Source: Psammoneis japonica
Lineage: Eukaryota
Direction of reading: 5' to 3'
DNA: 64,000 nt
Assembly: GCA_008632985.1 (NCBI GenBank)
Contig: QPGO01000074.1
Location: 124,001-188,000, forward strand
Under the pieces are notes generated by a model. The model worked only from the letters and a program-made list of their open reading frames with translations, did not search any database and was not told where the DNA came from. The position numbers and the translations under genes are program-made. Of the stretch, positions 52,086-62,321 are shown piece by piece. How positions within the stretch are numbered: position 1 is the first letter of the stretch; each line of letters starts with the position of its first letter.

Positions 52086-53965
52086 TCAGGCATTGTCATT
52101 ACGCAACTTCTCCACAACATAACCAGCACCGTCGTCACACATTGTGACCACAAATCCAGCAACAGGCCTCTTGTCTGCTCCGTCCTCCATTGTGCGACGT
52201 GTTTGAACATGTCCTGACAAATGCTCGTGAGATTTTGTGATAAAAGCAGGTGTTGGAGTATTCTGAACTTGTTTCAGTTCCAGTGTGACTACACAAGTCG
52301 CCGAACTGAATGTGACATCTGTCCGTTTTCCAGTCAGCGGCAAAATGTCCTCTTGAGTCGTCTGCACACTGCCTTTTAGAATGTCATGGGCCTCGTTGAT
52401 GACGTGCGACTGGAACTGAAGCTCCAAGATGTGATTGTCCTTGTCTGAGGAAGCCCAAGACATCAAACTTGCCATGTTGTTTTTCGAAATGGAAGTCACA
52501 AAGTCCACCAAAATCTCTTCACCTTTGTCGCAGAGATCTTCAGTGGTTGTGAGCGAAGTCAATGTTTCGAGGGATGCTCGCAGCGTTCTCAGCAGTGGTT
52601 CAAGGAGGTTTTCACGGTAGAAATCTGAGGTGATGGCGAATGTTGGATTGGTTTTCGATCCCGTTGATGACACCACTCCGAGGTGGACAAAAGCGTCAAG
52701 CAGTCACCGATGTCGATGTCTTCCCGCAATGGATGCTCCAAACTGAGTCCTTCGTTGAGCTTGTAGCCTTTCACTTCACGCCTTTCAGCCAGCTCATTTA
52801 CCACGCACCGAAGGTTCCAAGCATTTTCAAGGACGTTGAACATGGAAGACGGGATTGGTTCCCGGCATGAGCTTCCTGGCAAGGCGCCATCATGCAAGAA
52901 GCTGGCCCGAGAAGAAGGACTCCTGAGCAACTTGTTCATCAACGAATTGACCAAGCCTGTGTGATGGAGGGAGCTCCCCCCGAGAAAACGAAGGTTGTTG
53001 AAATGGCATTTGATCTTTTGGGAGGCAAGCTCAAGCTCCCCTTCTTTGAAGGGTGCATGCTCGTGGATCTCATCAAGCACACCACGAACATCAGCGTCAG
53101 TTGATCCAACAGCATCTGCCATGTCTTCCTCAAACGCAAGCGAGGCAACCGTAAGACCACTCATCTCTTTTGTGCCAATTGGAGTGATCCCCGTTGGCAA
53201 TGTTTTCACGTGGTCCAACTGCTCCAGGGCAACCTTGACAGCCCTGAAAAAAGAAAAGTGCGATCCGAACAGCACTGTGATGTTTGCGTTGACCTCCTTG
53301 TAGAGGTTGCGGCCATGCTCAGGAATTAGTCGCAGCAGGCCTTCCCGGATGGGTTGGTCGCATTCGTCAATGAGAATCAGCAATCGCCCTTGCAAAGAAT
53401 GCACAGCTGCACTCAGATTGCCAACCACCGTGCCAATTTGTTGATCGGCGATTTTGACGCCCACAGAAAACCTCTCGCAGGTTTGCTCCAGTTGCGGGTT
53501 TTGCGTCAACACGTAAATGACTCGGTGTTTGACAGCACTTGCAGTTGCCTTGTTGATGCTTTTGCAGACATCTTCCCATGTGCTCCTCTCACCATCTTCA
53601 ATTTGAGCGGAAGCGACGCCAAAGTCTAAGCGCAGGACAAACCAATTGTTCCCATCACCCTCGGACGGCGAATGACGCAGATCGCTGTCAATGTTGGAGC
53701 TTCTGTTCACCGAGAACAATTCGTCCGCAAGGGAGAAAAGCGTTGTTTTACCCAGTTGCATCGGGCGAGTGAACACTGCGGCATTGTCGTCGTGGTTGAA
53801 CATTTTCTCCAGAAACATGCTGTTGTCGCGGTGGCCACGGTCTTGACGATAGATTGCCGAAGCACCGTTCTGGTGTCGGCCAGGGAATCCAAAACTGGCT
53901 TTCATCCTTTTCGCTGATTCTTCATCTCCTGCATGAGATTCTTTGCTTTCACTTGAAGCGCTCAT
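52086..53965 (-). pseudogene. AAA-ATPase-like + PD-(D/E)XK nuclease gene, TpA-hypermutated, frameshift near 52680
   Basis: VFTRPMQLGKTT (Walker A), LILIDECDQP (IDEYD read as IDECD), FFRAVK, TGITP, KRTDVTF...TLELKQ. Confidence 0.8.
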
Positions 53966-54623
53966 GGCATCCTCATGCTTGGCTCTTTTGACGACTGGTT
54001 CTTCTTCATTGCAATGGGGGGTTGTGAGAGGCTCTCTGATCTCTGACCCCCACGTCTTGGCAAAGTGCGTTGAGCTTCAATGTTAACATCCACATGGATG
54101 TGCACATTTCCACAAGCAAAAATCCTTGTTCCATGCAGCTCCCCCAACAAATCTCTGACCACCAACATCCGAGGGCATGGCAGAGCACTTTTTGGAAGAT
54201 TGCGCACACATCACGAAAACAACATGCATTTTCATGACGACTCGACCATGATGATTGCCGGCCGCAGCGCGGCCATGGTGCCATCTGTCCGTCTGTCTGT
54301 CTGCATGCGAACTCAAGAACCGAACATTCTTCAATGTCCCGTTGAGTGTCTCAATGACTTGTTGCTCCTTGAAGCAAACTTCTGTGCCACACTTACGTCA
54401 GCAGCTGCAAGATTCGGGAGATTCGAATGACCGGGATTGTTGACACCTCTCGAAGAAATTCTGTGACAGAAACCCAAACACTGTGGCTGCAGTCAATCGC
54501 AGCTTTTCCCATGATTTTTAGAAAGCATTCGTGGACAACTTATCAAGACCGTTCACTGTGATCACACTGTGTCTTGTTCTCTCTTTCTCCTTTCTTCATT
54601 GTGCATTCTTCACCTTAAACGCA

Positions 54624-55547
54624 ATGTCGCATTTGGTGAGAGCTTCACTGAGAGCACCGTGTTTTGTGTGCAAACCAACCTTCAAACACGGAGATTTGGA
54701 CAAAGTGAAACTCGTGCAGAACTGCGACGATGGTGCCAAGAAACTGAAAATGTGTCCTCAATTCACTGGCAAGCACGGCATCGAGTGCTCACTCTACACT
54801 GCAGAGCGTTTTGAGAACTGTGCCGAGCATTTAGATTGTGATGAAGGACCTGAAAAATTCACCCATTTTGAAGAAGTGTCAGAAGACAACGCTCAAGATG
54901 TGTGGAGCAATTTGGTTTCAGGTGTCGCGGAAGCAGATCGGACCATGGCCAGGTTTGACACAGAAATCGCACGCTTTCATCAGCGACACTGTGATCATCA
55001 AGCGCGTGGTGCGATGTTTGAATTTTTGAAAAATTCTTCCAAACCTTTTGGTGATTCTCCTCGCGAGCATGCTGGCAGGATGATTCAAATGTCGCGTTGC
55101 GCCAACAAGCTGCCTGGAACTGAACCTTTGCTCAATGAGCAGCAAACCAAGAACATTGCATTCACGGGCATGCCGATGACATGGAAGCAGAATTGTGTGC
55201 GCACTGGAAAGGATGTCAGCACTGATTCTTTGGAAGATGTCATTCAACACATGTCCAATGAGAAAGGATTTGCTGATCAGAAAGGTGCTGCCAAGCCTGG
55301 CAATGATTCCAAGAAGCGCAAGGCTGGAGATGCGGAGTCTGCCGGGAACAGGAAGAAGTTTGGCCCCGACTCTCATTGTCGGTTGCACAAGGATTCTGCA
55401 GCACCTCATCTGTGGCAAAATTGCAGGGAGAATCCCAAGAGCCTGAACTGCAATCCAAATCCTCATTTTCAGAGAGGTGGCCGAGGTTCGCCAAGTGCAG
55501 GCCAAGATGCAGGCCGTGGACGAGGTCGAAACCCATGTTCAGGCTGA
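54624..55547 (+). pseudogene. gag of gypsy element A
   Basis: KPFGDSPREH...MP.TWKQ, zinc-knuckle-like CRLH......HLWQNC, GRG-rich tail. Confidence 0.7.
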
Positions 55548-58500
55548 GGAAATTATGGAGGCCGATTTTATGGTCCTCAGAACGCCAGCTGTGCTGGACG
55601 TGGACGTGGCGATGGCGGACACACTCCCAATGACAGTTTTGGACGTGGTCAAGGCGGACATGGCCGTGGTTGCAACCAAAACAGCATGGGCCGAGGATGC
55701 GGTCCACAGAATTTGCCTCAAAATTTTCACGCGAATCAAAATCAGGTGCAGAGTGGTTCAGGAGAACCAAATGCTCATCCAGCTCAACGAGCTCCTCCGA
55801 CTGATGCTCAGTCACAAGAATGGGGTGCAGATGTGCGCCATTTCGACATGGCAGGCTGTGGTCCGCCAGGAGGTCCTGACGAGACGTCAGGAGGAACGGA
55901 TGTCGGATGAGGTCCACATCCAAGAGGACCTGGATTATGATCCAGTTTGGAGTGCTGCTCCAGTCTTGGCGTCAGCTTTGAAGTTGACAACACCATTGCC
56001 ATTGACACAAATGCACCAATTGAGCACGAAATCTTTGTGTGACACATGTTTGTCACATGGAATCGACAGCGCGAAAAATCAAGAAGAGCCGATGGGGTTG
56101 CTTTGTGCTGGTGTGCCGGCACCCAAAACAAAAAACATGAATTCTAACATGGCACCTGCATCAGTGCTTGCATGCAAACAAATGAACGGAGCTCACTCTT
56201 CTCGTTCATTGAGAGTGTCATTTGATTCAGGCAGCATGACTGCTCTCATTCACGAGCGATGTTTGGCGCGTGGAGCTGCTCCAAGTCCACTCAAGAAAAC
56301 AGCAGCATGTGGTGCAGCTGCAGGACCAATGAAGAGCAGCAGAACAGTTGGTTTGGAGACAACAATGCTGCCTGAATTTGACAGATCATGGAGCATTGAT
56401 TTCCAAAAAGCTCTGATGTTTCAAACACCGTGTTGTTGCGACGTGATTCTTGGATCGGATTTTTTGGCCAAGGCTGGAATTGATGTAAATTTCTCATCAA
56501 GGACAGTCAAGTGGTTGGACAAGTCCATGCCTGTGAAAGAACTTGCCTTTTGGGACAATGCAGAGAACACTCATTTTGCTCTTGCAGGTCCAGAAGTCGA
56601 AGAAGAAATCGACGCAGTCGAGTTCCATGCATTCGCCATGCAAATTCTGGACGCCAAGTGTGAGTCAGCATCTCTGGAAGAAGCAGCTAAGAGGCAAACA
56701 CATGTGTCAAGAGAGCAACAACCGGAGTCGCAACAAGTGCCAGCCAAGTTCCCCAAAGTGTTCGACGGAAAATTGGGTCGACACCCACACAAATTGGTTC
56801 ATTTGGAAATCGACCCTAGCGCGATTCCGGTTCATGCTCGACCGCACTCAGTTCCAAAGGTTCATGAGGAGGTTTTCAAGAAAGAGCTTCAGCATTTGGT
56901 TCAGATGGAAGTGCTGAGACCATGTGGTCCCACCCATTGGGCATCTCCTTCATTTGTTGTTCCTAAAAAGGATCAACGAGTGCGGTGGGCATCCGATTTT
57001 TGCACGCTCAACAAAGCGTTGAAGAGGTTGATCTGTCCTTCACCAAGAATGCAAGACATTGTCAAGAAGAGAAAAGGGTGCAAGTGCTTCACCAAGTTGG
57101 ATCTGTTCATGTTCCATTGTGCTTTTGAGCTGGATGAAGAATCCAAGGAACCATGTGCCCTTGTCACTCCTTGCAGCAAGTTTCAACATTGTCGGCTCGC
57201 GATGGGTTTGAAACCAGCGGCAGATGTTGCTCAAGCAGTTGTTGAAGAAGTGATGAATGAGCTTGATGCAGATTGTTTTGTTGATGATGTTGGTCTCTTC
57301 TCAATGGTTTGGTCTGAGCATTTGGCAGCATTGAGTGCCGCATTGCAACATTTGGAACAAAACGGTTTGAAAGTGAACCCGCTCAAGTGCGAGTGGGCCG
57401 TTCAAGAAACTGATTTTTTGGGACATTGGATGGCTCCAGAAGACGAGCAGCTCGAGGAAAATTTGGGCCCGGAATTGAACACTCCATTCTGCACCATTCA
57501 AGATCAAGAATTGGTGGATTGCTTCTTGAATTGTCCGAGTCTGGAAGAAATGCAACACCCCTTGAATTGTCCTGACACACAAAGGTTTCAGTTTGAAGAT
57601 TGTGAGCTGAATCAAGAGCGGCAGAGGAACCCGCTTCGATTTCCGACTCGATGCGTCGGTGGAGTTCCATTGATTTGTTGGAGGCCTGAAATCAATGCTC
57701 AAGAAAATGACTGGAAAATTGCTTCACCAACTGCTTTGTTGGCGCCTGTGGTCAGGTGGCATCATCAAGTTTTAGGGCATTGTGGCATGCAAAAGCTCTG
57801 TTGCACGATTCATGCGCATTGCTGTCATCCGTTGTTGCGCCGATTGGTCGAAAATTGTCATTGCGACATGTGCCAAAGGAACAAACTTTGGGGAGTTGGA
57901 TGTGGTCACTTGCCACCAAGAGAAGCTCCTTTAGTTCCGTGGGATGAAGTGGCCGTTGATTTAATTGGTCCTTGGAAAGTGCAAGTGCAAGAACAGGAAG
58001 TCGAATTTAACGCATTGACGGCAATTGACGCTGTTTCTAACCTTGTGGAATTGGCTCACATTGACAACAAGACTTCAGATCATGTGCAGATGAAGTTTGC
58101 CAATTGTTGGTTGGCAAGATGTCCGAAACCAAACCGCTGCATTCATGACAAGGGCGGCGAATTTGTTGGTGAGCCATTTCAGATTCTGTTGGCGAGGGCT
58201 GGAATCAAAGACGTGGAAACCACCACTGGAAATCCTCAAGCCAACGCCACTTGCGAAAGAATGCATCAAACAGCTGGCAACATCATTCAAACCACAGTCA
58301 GGGGACATCCCCCTTGCAATGTGACAGAGGCTCAACACATCGTTGACAACGCATTGGCCACAACCATGCACGGTTTACGGTGTGCCACCTCAAGAGTTTT
58401 GGGAATTTCGCCAGGAGCTCTCATTTGCCAGAGAGACATGTTCCTTGATTCACCTCTCATTGCAGATTCAACTGCCGTTCGGAATCGTTGGCAAGTGTTG

Positions 58501-58803
58501 ATTGATGACAACTTGCATCGGCAAAATCTCAAAAGACGCTTTTTCGACTGTCGTGTCGGGCAACAAATTTTGGTCAAAACAGACGATCCCACCAAATTGG
58601 AAGAAAGATCTTTTGGTCCCTTTCCTGTCACACAGGTTCATGCAAATGGAAGCGTCACCATGCAAAGAGCACCTCATGCATTTGAAAGAATCAACATTCA
58701 GCGCATTTTGCCGCATCGACTTCAGCATGATCAAATGGATTGCGATTCAACGCATTCGCATGAATTGCGGAAGGGAAGAGTGAAGCAAACTTCTGCATCA
58801 TAA
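55477..58803 (+). pseudogene. pol of gypsy element A (protease, RT, integrase; RNase H deleted), open but saturated with missense changes
   Basis: FDSGS, DVILGSDFL, WASPSFVVPKKD, FTKLD, RLAMG, CFVDD, VNPLKCEW, VDLIGPW, HDKGGEF, NPQANATCERMHQ, GPFPV. Confidence 0.92.
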
Positions 58804-59016
58804 TTGCATCAGCAGCTGCAAGATTCGGGAGATTCGAATGACCGGGATTGTTGACACCTCGAAGAAATTCTGCGACAGAAACCCAAACACTGTGGCTGCA
58901 GTCAATCGCAGCTTTTCCCATGATTTTTAGAAAGCATTCGTGGACAACTTGTCAAGACCGTTCACTCCCATGAGAACGTTCTGGTTTCTATGAAGAATTC
59001 TTGTTGTGTGTCTTGA

Positions 59017-59514
59017 CCCTTCAACCACCAGGGGAGCAAATCTCCACGGGTGGAGATTTGCTCTGCTTGAGGATGTGTGACGTCTCATGCACTTTTACAA
59101 TGACATGATGAACACAGCAGAAAAATGTCATGTCCTGTGCAATCTGCATGTGGTGTGCCACGTGCATTTGCTTGTTGGGAGCAAATCTCCACCGGCGGAG
59201 ATTTGCTCCCAGGGTGTGGTGTTGTTGCTCCATTTGTGACAGTGATTCATGAAAACCTCAATTGCTGAAGGTTGAGATTTGGTTCCTCTCCATTCACAGA
59301 TGGAGCTTGCAAAAAACCCGGCGTTGAAAGGCGACATTGAACTTTCTCAACCACAAAAAGGGCGCCTCCAGATTTTCGGCGAGCGTGCGTTCCAGAACAA
59401 AATCGCATGAACAAAATGTTGTGCACATCTGAAATTGCTTCATTTGCCACATTTGTGACACAAGCGAGCAAATCTCCACCCGCGGAGATTTGCTCAAGTC
59501 CAGTGGTTGAAGGG
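59017..59514. mobile_element. piggyBac-like MITE in the 5' LTR of element B; TSDs read TTGA and TCAA (ancestral TTAA)
   Basis: TIR CCCTTCAACCAC / GTGGTTGAAGGG; the empty site in the sister LTR is TTAA (62146-62149); three internal gagcaaatctcc-ggagatttgctc hairpins. Confidence 0.88.
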
Positions 59515-60536
59515 TCAATTGCGAGACTTCCAGCACATGTTGTGCGTGTGTCCTGCGAGGACCCTTGACAAGAGCCTTGAGAAGTGGTTCTAAAGCTCTC
59601 CTTTAATCAGGCTCACAACTCATCTGTGAGCCCAATTTGCTGCAAGCACATCTTGTCCATCAATCTGTCAACTGTCACTTGATGCCACACTCGGCACAGC
59701 AAATTTGCTCCCCGTTTCTGAACACCCCATCCTTTGCTTCCACGAAGCCTCCAACATCTGCAGCAAGTTCTGCGAATTGTCCTGACCAGCCATGTCAGCC
59801 AAAAGCTGTCCTTTCCGTCTTGTTTGCTCTGAACGAACAAATGAAAAATGTCGCAAAGATCGTTTTGTGTCACTCCAGTCACCTCTCGATCCCAAAAACC
59901 CTGGTGGTCTCAAGTCTGCCATGGAATTGCGTGTGTCAGACAGTGAAGACCCTGAAGACACTCTCGCTTTCTTCAAGCGATTTGAAGAGATTTTTGTCAT
60001 CCTCAACATTGCAGAAGGAGCTCAACGTTTCCGTCTGATCAACCACCTGTTGGCTGGCCAACCATTGAATGACTGGACTGCTGTTGTCAAAGAGCATGAA
60101 GAACGCGATCAAGACACTTTCCTCGCAGCACGCGAAGAATGTCTCCTGACTGAGATGACCCGCAACATTGCGGTGGACACCAAAGATTGGCTGCAGTCCC
60201 TCAGGAAACCACGCAATGATGCCGCACAGTCATTTCTCCACTGCGTCCATCAGATCAATGATCTCATTCCATTCATGCCACTGCCTGCAGATGAAGAAGA
60301 TGCACAGCCCATTCCCAAGTTCGCAGAAGTGGAGTTGACTGCTGTCATCCGAAAAGCATGTCCCAAATCCTGGAAAAATTCTCAAGTCAAAGCAAACTTG
60401 CGCGGACTCAATCTCAGCAATCAAGTTCAACACTGCGAGGGTCTGCGCAACATTGAGAATTCAGATTCATCCTCACTGCCTCATCAAAACTGCAATGCAA
60501 CCGCACAGCAATCCAAAACAGAGTCAAGCAGCAAGG

Positions 60537-60932
60537 GACGCGTTCCAGACGTAGGTGGGAATCCGTGTGACATTGGGCCCGTAGACTTCTACGTGCGAGC
60601 TCCGTAGTAAAATTATACGGTAATTATAATGTCAATGATCGCCAACAGAAAATGAGGCAATTTTGCGAACGCACAAACTCGCACATGATTGAAGTACATC
60701 ATTTTTTACTTAGCCAGTTACATTCTTCAGACATTGAAGAATGTAACTGGCGCATATTTGTTTCTATAAATTTGTTATATAAAACGTCTGGGGCTTCGCA
60801 AAACAGCGAGTCTGGACAATTTTTTTTAAATATCACACGTAGAAATCTACGTACGAAACATACGACGGATGATAAAAATTATTGTTGTCACACGTCAGCA
60901 CTACGAGCTCCCACCTAGGGCTGGAACGCGTC
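60537..60932. mobile_element. Unmutated MITE with 24-bp TIRs and 4-bp TSD AAGG, inserted in gag of element B
   Basis: gacgcgttccagacgtaggtggga versus inverted gacgcgttccagccctaggtggga; aagg at 60533-60536 and 60933-60936; removal rejoins ORFs 59792 and 60882 (SSK-DQQAL). Confidence 0.9.
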
Positions 60933-62321
60933 AAGGATCAGCAAGCCTTGCAACAAAAATCCAACAACTCCAGCTCGAGTTCCCAAACAAACAACACATG
61001 TCCAATCCATGGAACAGTCCATCCAAATGGACAAGAGTGCAATGTTGTTCACCGTGAGCGAGAAATCTGCCAACAGCGACATCAACAAAGGCTTCGACAT
61101 GTCCAACTCTCAGAAAACACCAGCTCAGACAACCAAACTCAGAGCCAGTCGCAACAGCAGCCAACTTGTTGCTGCAATCTGTGCAGCAGAAGCAACCAAC
61201 AAAGAAACAATGAAAACAACGCGATGGAAGATCCTTCCAGCACCTGCAATGATCCCCCAGACGATCTTGGAAGCGCGCCATCTGAAACCATCAATGAAAT
61301 CTGTGATCTTCATGATGAAATCAATGAGATTGAAAGTCAGAACACTCAAGAATCTCAACAAAATGTCAGCGCAGATGTGCAAGTGCAACTCACCTCATCC
61401 TCCACCTCTCACACAGAGCAGGCACTCAGTCTCCTCGACTCTGGAGCCAACAACAACTGCGCCAAGCACGAAGCCCTTGAAAAAATCTCCCATCAAATCA
61501 AACCAATTTCTGCACCGGTGCAAAGCCGCTACAAATCAGTTCAAGTTCAGAACAAGGCAGCACCCAACATTGCATTGCCTGAATTTTCTCAATCGAAGAC
61601 TGCTGCCATCGAAGCGCACGTCAAAGATGGTGCAATCGGTCGTCATGCCATTGTTGTCGGTCGCCGAACGCACAAACAACTCAGCATTGTTCTGGATTTC
61701 ACGACTGCCACAATGACCTGTGGCAACGTCACCATCCCCATGAAAACAGAAAACAAGACTCAACATGCCACCTGTGAAGACTGGCATCATGTCAATCGAA
61801 AATGTCAAAACGCCCCACTTCAAGTCACCTCCACAAGTTGGCTCAAGCCTGAACTCCTCTCCACCAATCACTCGAAGTCCAAACTTAACTCTGCCAATGG
61901 CACAGTCACCATCCAGAGCTCTCCCAATGTCACTGAACGAATCAACATCCATCGTCTTCACCCTGTCTTCTAGACTGTTCAGTTGGGGAAGCGAGTGCCG
62001 TGGTGCCATCTGTCTGTCTGTCTGTCTGTCTGTCTGCATGCGAACTCAAGAACCGAACATTCTTCAATGTCCCGCCAAGTGTCTCAACAACTTGTCACTC
62101 CTGTGAGAACGTTCTGGTTTCTATGAAGAACTCTTGTTGTGTGTCTTAATTGCGAGACTTCCAGCACATGTTACACGTGTGTCCTGCAAGGACCCTTGAC
62201 GAGAGCCTTGAGAAGTGGCTCCAAAGCTCTCCTTTGCATCTGTGAACCCAACTTGCTTCAAGCATGTCTCATCTGTCAACATGTCAACTGTGTTTCACTT
62301 GGTGCCACATTTGGCAATGAT

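Larger units (their letters stand above)
54370..58964 (+). mobile_element. Ty3/gypsy element A nested in the 5' LTR of element B; LTRs 54370-54555 and 58781-58964; TSD CTCCT/CTCCC
   Basis: TGAAGC...GTTCA LTR pair (~185 bp), PPT ggaagggaagag, gag-pol between. Confidence 0.95.
54256..62316 (+). mobile_element. Ty3/gypsy element B (outer), internally deleted; 5' LTR 54256-59696 (twice interrupted), 3' LTR 61996-62316, TSD ATGAT
   Basis: TGCCG...(C/T)GGCA LTR ends; atgat at 54251-54255 and 62317-62321; PPT ggggaagcgag before 61996; gag from ~59792, protease LLDSGA, integrase tail NGTVTIQ...ERINIHRLHP; RT/RH/IN core missing. Confidence 0.88.

Noticed and set aside
55477..58803. Alternative genetic code (Tyr reassigned)
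   Set aside because: Adjacent host genes use TAT/TAC for conserved Tyr normally.
54370..58964. ADAR or APOBEC editing of retrotransposon RNA/cDNA as the cause of the bias
   Set aside because: Changes occur on both strands, differ between the two LTRs, and affect TSDs and DNA transposons. APOBEC would give G>A or C>T.
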